Positions 39,880 through 47,663 of a stretch of 48,852 nucleotides of DNA are shown in pieces (the first letter of the stretch is position 1; each line of letters begins with the position of its first letter). A model generated the notes under the pieces. The model worked only from the letters and a program-made list of their open reading frames with translations, did not search any database and was not told the DNA's origin. Source of the DNA: Acidobacteriota bacterium (GTDB lineage: Bacteria; Acidobacteriota; Thermoanaerobaculia; UBA5066; Gp7-AA6); contig JBKPMI010000053.1 in NCBI GenBank assembly GCA_046732075.1, positions 1-48,852 on the forward strand, given 5' to 3'. A program made the translations under genes and the position numbers.

Positions 39880-39903
39880 CCAGGTGGATCTCTGAATCTC
39901 GAA

Positions 39904-39932
39904 GGCCGCGGCGGGCGCCGCGGCCTTTTTTT
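39904..39932 (+). terminator. rho-independent terminator (hairpin family 2)
   Basis: GGCCGCGGC-GGGC-GCCGCGGCC followed by TTTTTTT. The stem arms are the same as at 37969. Confidence 0.85.
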
Positions 39933-39983
39933 GCCGCGCAATCTCTTGAACCGTCGCTCCTGCTCCGTTATCGTGTTTCCGGC

Positions 39984-41546
39984 TTGAACGTTTTCCCTCT
40001 GGCGCGCCGGTGCCCGGGGAGGGTCGTCGGCGCGCGGCGGGCTCTCCTCGGATTTCTCGGAGGTCTGCTCTTCCTCTCCGGGCAGGCTCCGGCGGCCACC
40101 TACTCGGTCGCGCGGTTCTCCGACACGCCGATCGTCTCGGGTCTCTCTTCCCCCACCGACCTCGCGTTCCTGCCGGACGGACGGATCCTCATCCTGGAGA
40201 AGGCGGGCCGCGTCCGGATCGTCGTGAACGGAGTGCTGCAGGCAACTCCGGCCCTCGACATCACCGGGATCGTGGACGACTTTTCGGAGAGGGGCCTGCT
40301 CGGGATCTGCCTCCACCCGAACTTCGCAGCGACCGGCTGGATCTACCTGTACTACACGACGAACGCCCCCCGGAACCAGATCTCGCGCTTCACGCTGACC
40401 GGGAACACGATCAGCGCTGCGAGCGAATTGCCCATCCTCCAGGACATCGAGGCGACCAACGGCAACCACAACGGCGGCACGATTGCGATCGGGCCGGATG
40501 GAAAACTCTGGGCCGCGCCGGGAGACTCCGGGACCGGAGGGGCCAAAGCCCAGGATCTCGCGGCGGCAAGCCCGAGCCGGTTCAACGGGAAGGTCCTGCG
40601 GATGGAGCTCGACGGCTCCCCCGCGGCCGGCAACCCGTTTCTCGGGGACGCAACCAAGGAGCCTCGGATCTGGGCGTACGGGTTTCGGAATCCGTTTCGA
40701 TTCTCGTTCCGCCCGAATGGTTCGCTCTACGTGGGCGACGTCGGCCAGTCGACCCGGGAAGAGCTCGACGTCGTCACGGCCGGCGGCAACTACGGCTGGC
40801 CCTATATGGAAGGCTTCATCCAGCAGCCGGGTGGTCCGGGGCCGTGTCCCGTGACGACGACCTGCCTTCCGCCGGTCTTCGACTACATCCGTTCGGTCGG
40901 GACCACGATCATCGGCGGCGTCTTCGTGACCGGCAACGCCTACCCCACTCTTACGGGCCGGTACGTCTTCGGCGACAACGGCTCGAGCTGGATCAAGTGG
41001 CTGGAGTTCGACGGGAACGACGCGTTGATCGGGACGCCGCCGACGGCGCCTTCTCCGGCCCTTCACGACCTGGCGACGGCGGCGTCGGGCCCCGTCGCTT
41101 TCCACCCGGCGCCCGACGGGAACCTCTACTACATCGGGATCAACACCGGAACCGTCTATCGCATCGACTACGCGCGGGATTTCTTCACCGTCACGCCCTG
41201 CCGCGTCTTCGACACGCGGGACCCCGCGGGACCGTGGGGAGGGCCGAGCCTCATCGGGGGCCAGGATCGCACGTTCGCGATCGCCGGCCGCTGCGGTATT
41301 CCGTCGACGGCGCGCGCCGTCTCGGTCAACGTGACCGTGACCGGCCCGACCGCGCCCGGCTTCCTGACGCTCTTCCCGGCCGGCGGGCCGCCGCCGCTCG
41401 CGAGCACGATCAACTTCCGCGCGGGTCAGACCCGCGCGAACAACGCGGTCGTGACCCTCGGCGGGGCGGGGGACATCGTCGTCCGGGCAGGCATGGCCTC
41501 CGGGAACGTCCACGTGATCCTGGACGTCAACGGCTACTTCGACTGA
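39984..41546 (+). CDS. secreted PQQ-dependent sugar dehydrogenase-like beta-propeller with C-terminal CRxDTR module
   Basis: In frame with the 39816..41546 ORF. The likely start is the TTG at 39984 (uncertain), ahead of a signal-like ARRALLGFLGGLLFLSGQAPAA. GSDH-family motifs are present (GLLGICLHPNF, NHNGGTIAIGPDGKLW, GFRNPFRFSF, GGNYGWP). The last ~121 aa (41181-41543) read FFTVTPCRVFDTRDPAGPWGG...RCGIPSTARAVSVNVTVT...LTLFPAG...INFRAGQTRANN...ILDVNGYFD, then the stop. Confidence 0.8.
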   Translation: MNVFPLARRCPGRVVGARRALLGFLGGLLFLSGQAPAATYSVARFSDTPIVSGLSSPTDLAFLPDGRILILEKAGRVRIVVNGVLQATPALDITGIVDDFSERGLLGICLHPNFAATGWIYLYYTTNAPRNQISRFTLTGNTISAASELPILQDIEATNGNHNGGTIAIGPDGKLWAAPGDSGTGGAKAQDLAAASPSRFNGKVLRMELDGSPAAGNPFLGDATKEPRIWAYGFRNPFRFSFRPNGSLYVGDVGQSTREELDVVTAGGNYGWPYMEGFIQQPGGPGPCPVTTTCLPPVFDYIRSVGTTIIGGVFVTGNAYPTLTGRYVFGDNGSSWIKWLEFDGNDALIGTPPTAPSPALHDLATAASGPVAFHPAPDGNLYYIGINTGTVYRIDYARDFFTVTPCRVFDTRDPAGPWGGPSLIGGQDRTFAIAGRCGIPSTARAVSVNVTVTGPTAPGFLTLFPAGGPPPLASTINFRAGQTRANNAVVTLGGAGDIVVRAGMASGNVHVILDVNGYFD

Positions 41547-41775
41547 CGCTTTTTCTGGACTCTCGGCCCCTACTGGGTTAGCTTCGGAGCCGACTCAAGT
41601 CTGTCAATCGGAACCGGGAGTGCTGACAAATCACGGCCGCGGGCCGGAGATTTGCTCGACCAAGCTACTTTCTATCAATGGGTTGCTCATTTTCCGGGGT
41701 GGCGCGGAAGTTGCCTTTCTTTCCCCCTGAATCCAATCCGGTTTATCCACTTTCGGGGTACTCGAGGAGAGGCAT

Positions 41776-43512
41776 GTGAAGTCACTGGCCGCGCTCATCG
41801 CCCTTGCCGGGGCGCTGCCGCTTTCCGCCGCTTCCCTGCCGAGCCCGCTGCGCTACTTCACCCACCCCGGCATCGCGGTCGAGCGCGCGGCGGCCGCCGG
41901 CGAGCGTCTACTCGACCTCGACCCGCGTGGCCTGGCTCGTCTCCGGCAGATTCCCGACCGCGAGGCCTTGACGCTCGAGAACTTTCCCTTTGCGCCGGGT
42001 GCGACCGGGAACCTCATCCTGGAGCGTTTCGAGATCGTCTCCCCGGACGGCCGGCTGATCGTCGAGGGACCCGACGGTGAGACGTCGCGGCCGCTTGCCC
42101 GCGGCATCCACTTCGAGGGTCACCTCGAGGGGGAGCCGGACTCCCGCGTCTACGTCGGCGTGCCGGGTGATTTTCTGGTGGCTGTCCTCCAGACGAGCGC
42201 CGGGCTCGTTTACGTGGGGCCGGACGGCCCGACGGAGGGACCGATCCAGCACGTCGTCCGGCGTTCCGACTCGCTCCGCTCGGTCGAACTCGCGCCGCTC
42301 GACTGGCACTGCGACGCCGACGACCTGACTCCTCCGCCGATCGAACGCTCGGGCCCGGGTCTGCGAGCGGAAACCGTGGCGGCCGTGTCCCGGCCGGCGG
42401 CGGCCTCCCTGTCCGCGCTCGCCGCGACGACGCTGAAAGACGCCGCGATCTCGATCGAGACCGACCAGGAGCTCCTGGCGAAGTTCCCCGGCGGCCTCGA
42501 CGCCATGACCTCCTACATCACGACGCTGATGGCGCAGAACTCGGTCATCTACCAGCGCGACCTCGGTGTCCACCTGACGGTCAACCGGATCCAGGCCTGG
42601 ACGTCGACCGACCCGTACGTCAAGACCGACACGCGCGGCCAGCTCGACGAGGTCGGCGACTGGTGGCATGCCAATCGGCCGAAGAGCTCCTATCCGCGAA
42701 CGGTCGTCACCTTTCTGAGCGGAAAATCCGTGACCGGCGGAATTGCGTGGCTGGACGTGCTCTGCGCCAACGACTTCTCCCAGAGCAATCACTGGGGAGG
42801 CGGGTACGGCGTGGTCCAGATCAACACGAGCTGGCCCTCCAACCTGTGGGACCTGCTGGCGACCGCCCACGAGCTGGGACACAACTTCGGTTCTCCCCAC
42901 ACGCATTGCTACAGCCCGCCGATCGACATGTGCTACTCGGGCGAGAGCGGTTGCTACAGCGGGACGGTGGTGAACCCCGGGCCGCTCGGCGGCACGATCA
43001 TGAGCTACTGTCACCTGCTCGTGGGGGGCTACGGGAACATCGACATGCGGTTCCATCAACGGTGCATAACCGAGCAGATGCTGCCCGAGATCAACGCCGT
43101 CGCCTGCCTGACCGACATGGCCGCGCCGGCGCCGGTCGCGACGAAGTTCTACACGGTCACCCCGTGCCGCGTGGCCGACACGCGCAACCCGACCGGACCC
43201 TACGGTGGACCGGCGATAGCCGCCAACTCGGACCGGACGTTCGCCGTCGGAGGACAGTGCGGGGTTCCCACGACCGCCACGGCCGTTTCGTTGAACGTCA
43301 GCGTCACCCAGCCGAGCGCGCTCGGATACCTCCGGCTCTACGCGGGCGGGACCTCCCTGCCGAACGCGACCGCGATCAACTACCGCGCGGGGCAAACCCG
43401 CGCCAACAACGGATTTGCGCCTCTGGGGACGGCCGGGACTCTGGCCGTCCACTGCGATCAGCCTTCCGGAAACGTGCAGGTTATAATCGATGTTAACGGC
43501 TATTTTCAGTAG
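41776..43512 (+). CDS. secreted reprolysin/M12B-like zinc metalloprotease with C-terminal CRxDTR module
   Basis: GTG start follows GAGGAGAGG. The signal peptide is MKSLAALIALAGALPLSAAS and the zinc site is TAHELGHNFGSPH (HExxHxxGxxH). The C-terminal module at 43147-43509 reads FYTVTPCRVADTRNPTGPYGG...QCGVPTTATAVSLNVSVT...INYRAGQTRANN...IIDVNGYFQ, then the stop. Confidence 0.85.
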   Translation: MKSLAALIALAGALPLSAASLPSPLRYFTHPGIAVERAAAAGERLLDLDPRGLARLRQIPDREALTLENFPFAPGATGNLILERFEIVSPDGRLIVEGPDGETSRPLARGIHFEGHLEGEPDSRVYVGVPGDFLVAVLQTSAGLVYVGPDGPTEGPIQHVVRRSDSLRSVELAPLDWHCDADDLTPPPIERSGPGLRAETVAAVSRPAAASLSALAATTLKDAAISIETDQELLAKFPGGLDAMTSYITTLMAQNSVIYQRDLGVHLTVNRIQAWTSTDPYVKTDTRGQLDEVGDWWHANRPKSSYPRTVVTFLSGKSVTGGIAWLDVLCANDFSQSNHWGGGYGVVQINTSWPSNLWDLLATAHELGHNFGSPHTHCYSPPIDMCYSGESGCYSGTVVNPGPLGGTIMSYCHLLVGGYGNIDMRFHQRCITEQMLPEINAVACLTDMAAPAPVATKFYTVTPCRVADTRNPTGPYGGPAIAANSDRTFAVGGQCGVPTTATAVSLNVSVTQPSALGYLRLYAGGTSLPNATAINYRAGQTRANNGFAPLGTAGTLAVHCDQPSGNVQVIIDVNGYFQ

Positions 43513-43524
43513 GATTAGGAGACC

Positions 43525-44016
43525 ATGATGAACAGATCTCAGTTGGTTCGCTTTTCGTTCCTCTTCGCCGCGGCGACCTTTTTGACGGTCTCCGCAGCCC
43601 GAGCCGTTGGACCGCTGCAGTTCTACTCCGTCACGCCGTGCCGCATCGCCGACACGCGCGCCGCCGTCGGAGTGAACGGGGGACCGATCCTTTCGCACGG
43701 CGTGATCCGCAACTTCGCCGTCTACACGACCCCCGCGAACTGCGGCTTGCCCGCGGACGGCACGGTCAAGGCCGTCACGCTGAATGTGACCGTCGTCAAC
43801 CCGACCAGCCTGGGCCACCTGACGGTCTTCCCGTACAACACGACGGTTCCGGTCGTTTCGACCATCAACTACGCAGCGGGCGAGCCGGCTCTCGGAAACG
43901 GCGCCATCGTTCCGGTGACGAACGATCCGAACTTCCAGATCTCCGTCCTCCCGGTCCTGGTCGGAACCGGCAACACGGTGCACGCGATCATCGACATCAC
44001 GGGTTACTTCAAGTAA
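43525..44016 (+). CDS. stand-alone secreted CRxDTR-module protein
   Basis: 163-aa ORF 12 nt after the protease stop, with an AGGAG ribosome-binding site. The signal peptide is MMNRSQLVRFSFLFAAATFLTVSAARA. A single module follows at 43621-44013: FYSVTPCRIADTRAAVGVNGG...NCGLPADGTVKAVTLNVTVV...LTVFPYN...INYAAGEPALGN...IIDITGYFK, then the stop. Confidence 0.85.
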   Translation: MMNRSQLVRFSFLFAAATFLTVSAARAVGPLQFYSVTPCRIADTRAAVGVNGGPILSHGVIRNFAVYTTPANCGLPADGTVKAVTLNVTVVNPTSLGHLTVFPYNTTVPVVSTINYAAGEPALGNGAIVPVTNDPNFQISVLPVLVGTGNTVHAIIDITGYFK

Positions 44017-44061
44017 TCGAAATCCGGAAACCGGCGATCGGCAAAACTCGTTGACGGAAGC

Positions 44062-44094
44062 GACGGAGGCGATTTCGCCGCCGTCGTTTCTCTC
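44062..44094 (+). terminator. possible rho-independent terminator after the protease/stand-alone-module pair
   Basis: Imperfect hairpin GACGGAGGCG-ATTT-CGCCGCCGTC (one A/G mismatch) followed by GTTTCTCTC. Confidence 0.35.
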
Positions 44095-44189
44095 GTCCGT
44101 CGCGGAATCCGCGAGGGACCCGTTCTCCCGGCCGATCGCCGTCTCCGAGTGGCCATGACCCGAACAACGGACGCGATTCGAAAGGCCGC

Positions 44190-46025
44190 ATGAGGAGAAA
44201 TCCGCTCCTTCCTGCGCTTCTCCTGCTGGCGACGCTCCCCGCCGCCGCCCGGGCGGCGCTGAACACGCCCCCTCTCCGAGCGGGTTGGCCCGTGGCACTG
44301 GCCGGCGCCGGAACCGTCCGCGTGAGCCAGCCGGCGGTGGGAGACCTCGACAACGACGGCGTGAAGGAGATCGTGGTCGGCACGGTGAATCGGAAGGTCT
44401 ACGCCCTCCGGGCCAACGGAACGGTCATGCCGGGCTGGCCCGTCACCGTGAGCGCCGAAGTGAACTCGAGCCCCGCGCTCGCAGACATCGATGGCGACGG
44501 ATTCCTCGACGTCGTGGTGGCCTGCGGGTCGAATTTCGATTCCACAGGGAACGGGCGGCTCTACGTCTTCCGGCGCGACGGAACCCTCATCTGGTCGTTC
44601 ACGCCGGTCGACGAAAACGGCGACGGACATCCGGAGGGGATCTACTCGACGCCCGCCATCGGGGACATCGATGGCGACGGGGACAACGAGATCGTTTTCG
44701 GATGCTGGGACTTCCGGGTTTACGTCCTGCGCAAGGACGGTACGCCGATGCCCGGTTTCCCGCCGAATCCGTCCGGCCTCGGACACGGGATCCGCGACAC
44801 GATCTGGTCCTCGCCCGCGCTCGCCGACCTCGACGGCGACGGAAAGCTCGAGGTCATCATCGGGGCGGACACGCACGCGGAGGGCCCGCCGATCAACACG
44901 CCGGACGGCGGCGCGATCCACGTCTTCCGCTGGAACGGGACGGAACTGCCGGGTTTCCCGCAGTACGTGAACCAGACGATCGTGTCGTCGCCGGCGGTGG
45001 GCGACATCGACGGCGATGGATACCTCGACATCGTCGTGGGGGGCGGCATCTACTACCCGGGCGCGGTCGGCCACCAAGTCTACGCGTGGAAGCGGGACGG
45101 GACGTTCGTTCCGGGCTGGCCGGTCACGACGACCGGCCAGGTCCTCGCCTCTCCGACTCTCGCGGACCTGACGGGCGACGGAAAACCCGAGGTGATCGTC
45201 GGCGACCAGCCGGAGGGGACGGCCGGCCCCTACCTCTACGCGTTCCGGGGAAACGGAACGCAGCTCTTCAAGATGCAGCCGAAGAGCTATTTCGGAACGA
45301 GCCCGAACGTCGGAGATCCGATCGTGGCCGACGTGACCGGCGACGGCCAGGTCGAAATCCTGGTGGCCGTCAACACTGAGATCGCGGTGATCGATCGGAC
45401 CGGCGTGCAACTCACCGACCCGGGCCCTCCCGGGAACGATCCCCGCCCGACCTATTACACGGAGACCGCAGTTTCCGGGGTGGTCGTCACGGACCTCGAC
45501 CACGACGGAGTTCTCGACGTCATCGCCGCGTCCGGTACCCCGTTCCCGTCTCCGACCGCCGCCGCGGTCTACGTCTGGAACCCGGCCGCGGTCGGACCGG
45601 CTCCGTGGCCCGCGTTTCGCGGCGACCCGCAGCAGCGGCGCGGCTACGAGGGGGCGATCATCGGTGCGGGCACGCGATTCTTCACGTTGACTCCGTGCCG
45701 GCTCTTCGACACGCGGGGCGGCTCCTCGCTCAAGGCCGGCGGCATGGCGGTCGCCGGAGTCGCGGCGCGATGCGGAGTTCCCCCGGGCGCCGAGGCGGTC
45801 GCCCTGAACGTCACGATCGTCCTCCCCGGAACTGCCGGCAACCTCCGCCTCTTCCCGGACGGGATTCCGACGCCGCTTTCGTCCACGATCAACTTCCGCG
45901 CGGGCCAGGTCCGCGCGAACAACGCGGTGCTCGCGCTCTCCCCCTTCGGGAACCTGCGCATCTTCTGCGACATCCCGACGGGATTCGCGGACGTGATCCT
46001 GGACGTCACCGGATACTTCCAGTAA
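44190..46025 (+). CDS. secreted FG-GAP/VCBS-repeat (integrin-alpha-like beta-propeller) protein with C-terminal CRxDTR module
   Basis: 611-aa ORF with signal peptide MRRNPLLPALLLLATLPAAARA. It has eight DxDGDG-type repeats (GDLDNDGVKEIVVG, ADIDGDGFLDVVVA, GDIDGDGDNEIVFG, ADLDGDGKLEVIIG, GDIDGDGYLDIVVG, ADLTGDGKPEVIVG, ADVTGDGQVEILVA, TDLDHDGVLDVIAA). The C-terminal module at 45678-46022 reads FFTLTPCRLFDTRGG...RCGVPPGAEAVALNVTIV...LRLFPDG...INFRAGQVRANN...ILDVTGYFQ, then the stop. Confidence 0.88.
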   Translation: MRRNPLLPALLLLATLPAAARAALNTPPLRAGWPVALAGAGTVRVSQPAVGDLDNDGVKEIVVGTVNRKVYALRANGTVMPGWPVTVSAEVNSSPALADIDGDGFLDVVVACGSNFDSTGNGRLYVFRRDGTLIWSFTPVDENGDGHPEGIYSTPAIGDIDGDGDNEIVFGCWDFRVYVLRKDGTPMPGFPPNPSGLGHGIRDTIWSSPALADLDGDGKLEVIIGADTHAEGPPINTPDGGAIHVFRWNGTELPGFPQYVNQTIVSSPAVGDIDGDGYLDIVVGGGIYYPGAVGHQVYAWKRDGTFVPGWPVTTTGQVLASPTLADLTGDGKPEVIVGDQPEGTAGPYLYAFRGNGTQLFKMQPKSYFGTSPNVGDPIVADVTGDGQVEILVAVNTEIAVIDRTGVQLTDPGPPGNDPRPTYYTETAVSGVVVTDLDHDGVLDVIAASGTPFPSPTAAAVYVWNPAAVGPAPWPAFRGDPQQRRGYEGAIIGAGTRFFTLTPCRLFDTRGGSSLKAGGMAVAGVAARCGVPPGAEAVALNVTIVLPGTAGNLRLFPDGIPTPLSSTINFRAGQVRANNAVLALSPFGNLRIFCDIPTGFADVILDVTGYFQ

Positions 46026-47628
46026 CCGCGTTTTCCGGAGCGCGCGCCGCCGCGATCAGCCTCGCGAGCCGCCTCTGGGAAGACTCGGAGTCTTCCGCTT
46101 CCAGGATCGCGACGTAGCCCGGCGCCGCCGGAACCGGCCGCCCGGGAAGGCCGGCGCGAGCCGCCCACCCGGCGAGATCCTTCTCGTCCCGGCCGAGGAG
46201 AGCGAGCTTCCCGGCCGCGGCCGGCAGGGTCCGGCCGTAGCCGTAGAAGTCGAACAGCCGCTGGAACGGGACCGCGCGGATGCGTTCGCCCGACAGGAAG
46301 TTGACCGGGTAGACGGTCCAGTATTCGCCGCAGACCCAGCGGACGCCGTTCGATCCCAGGAAGGCGAGGAGGACGCGGTCGTCCCGCTGGTGCTGGGCCC
46401 ACTCCCGGCGCTCTTTCGTCCATGGCCAGTAGTAGCCGGAGAGGTGGAAGCCCACGACGACCAAGGCCAGGAGAAATGCAACCATTTGGTTGCGCTTTGA
46501 CACGGCCGCGACGAGGAGGCCCAGGGACGCGGCGGCGACGAACCAGAGCGGCAGGACGTAACGCACTGTCGGGCCCGGCGCCTGGCCCGGCGCGGAGAGG
46601 ATGAAGAGTGTCGCGACCGTGACTGCAACGAGTACGAGGAGCGCAACGTTCTTCCCCGATCCGGGCCGATCCCGCAGCGCCAGCCTCGGCGCCGCGAACA
46701 GAAGCAGCAGCGCCGCGACGACCGCGAGCGTCGCCGGCAGCCGGAGAGCTCCCTCGCGCGGAGTGACCGGTCGCTCGGGGCCGAGCGGGTTGACTCCGGC
46801 GACGAGCTCGACCGCGGTCTCCCGGAGAAAGCGCCGCGCCGTGGCGAGGACGCCGGGGCCCGGCTCGGCCGGCGCGAAGTTGGTCCACAGCGTCACCCAG
46901 CGGTAGCGCAGGTTGTAGACGAGCCAGGGCGCGGCCCCGACGGCGAAGCCCGCCGACGCCGGGAGAAGGACCCGCCGCCACGTCACCGAACGGCGGTGAA
47001 AGAGGACGAGCCACGCGATCGCGGGAACCGTGCAGCCGAGCGTCAGCAGGGAGTTCCACCACCCGAGGCCGATCGAGACCCCGAGCGCAAACGGCGTCCA
47101 GCGGTCCGCACCCCGCCGGGCAATACGCGCCGCGAGCCAGAGCGTCGTGACGGAGAGCAGCACCGTTTCGGGATAGCTGTTCGGCAGGTAGGTCCAGGCG
47201 AGGTAGGCCGGCGAGGGAAACACCAGGAAGACGAGCGAGAAACAAGCCACCTTCTCGGAATCGAAGAGCTCGCGCACGAAGAGGTAGAAGACGGCCGGAA
47301 CGAGAGTCCCGCACACGATCGGGACGATCGAGAGCGTGGCCCGGGTCGCGCCGAAGAGCGCGAAGAGCGCCGCGTGGAAGTAGGCCTCGAGCGCGCCGAT
47401 CTGCACGCCCGAAAAGAAGACGACGAGATCCCCTCCCCGGATCGCGAGAGCCCGCAGACCCATGTTCAGCGAGTCGGCGTCCGGAACGAACTTGTGAGTC
47501 GGGAACGCGTACGCGATCCGGACGACCGCCCCGAGGACGAGAAGCACGATGGCCGCCGTCCTCCCCTTTCGATCCGGATCCTCCCGTGAATCGCGCACCG
47601 AACCTCCGGCATCGAGGTTACACTCCAT
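46006..47628 (-). CDS. ArnT/PMT-like (GT39/GT83-type) polytopic membrane glycosyltransferase
   Basis: 540-aa ORF with about 12 hydrophobic segments. The N-terminal region (IVLLVLGAVVRIAYAFPTHKFVPDADSLNMGLRA...GALEAYFHAALFALFG) resembles dolichyl/undecaprenyl-phosphate-sugar-dependent glycosyltransferases. Its 3' end overlaps the convergent FG-GAP gene by 20 nt. Confidence 0.7.
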   Translation of the reverse strand: MECNLDAGGSVRDSREDPDRKGRTAAIVLLVLGAVVRIAYAFPTHKFVPDADSLNMGLRALAIRGGDLVVFFSGVQIGALEAYFHAALFALFGATRATLSIVPIVCGTLVPAVFYLFVRELFDSEKVACFSLVFLVFPSPAYLAWTYLPNSYPETVLLSVTTLWLAARIARRGADRWTPFALGVSIGLGWWNSLLTLGCTVPAIAWLVLFHRRSVTWRRVLLPASAGFAVGAAPWLVYNLRYRWVTLWTNFAPAEPGPGVLATARRFLRETAVELVAGVNPLGPERPVTPREGALRLPATLAVVAALLLLFAAPRLALRDRPGSGKNVALLVLVAVTVATLFILSAPGQAPGPTVRYVLPLWFVAAASLGLLVAAVSKRNQMVAFLLALVVVGFHLSGYYWPWTKERREWAQHQRDDRVLLAFLGSNGVRWVCGEYWTVYPVNFLSGERIRAVPFQRLFDFYGYGRTLPAAAGKLALLGRDEKDLAGWAARAGLPGRPVPAAPGYVAILEAEDSESSQRRLARLIAAARAPENAVTGSIR

Positions 47629-47663
47629 GCGCGACGATCGAACCGAAACGAAATCTCCGGGAG

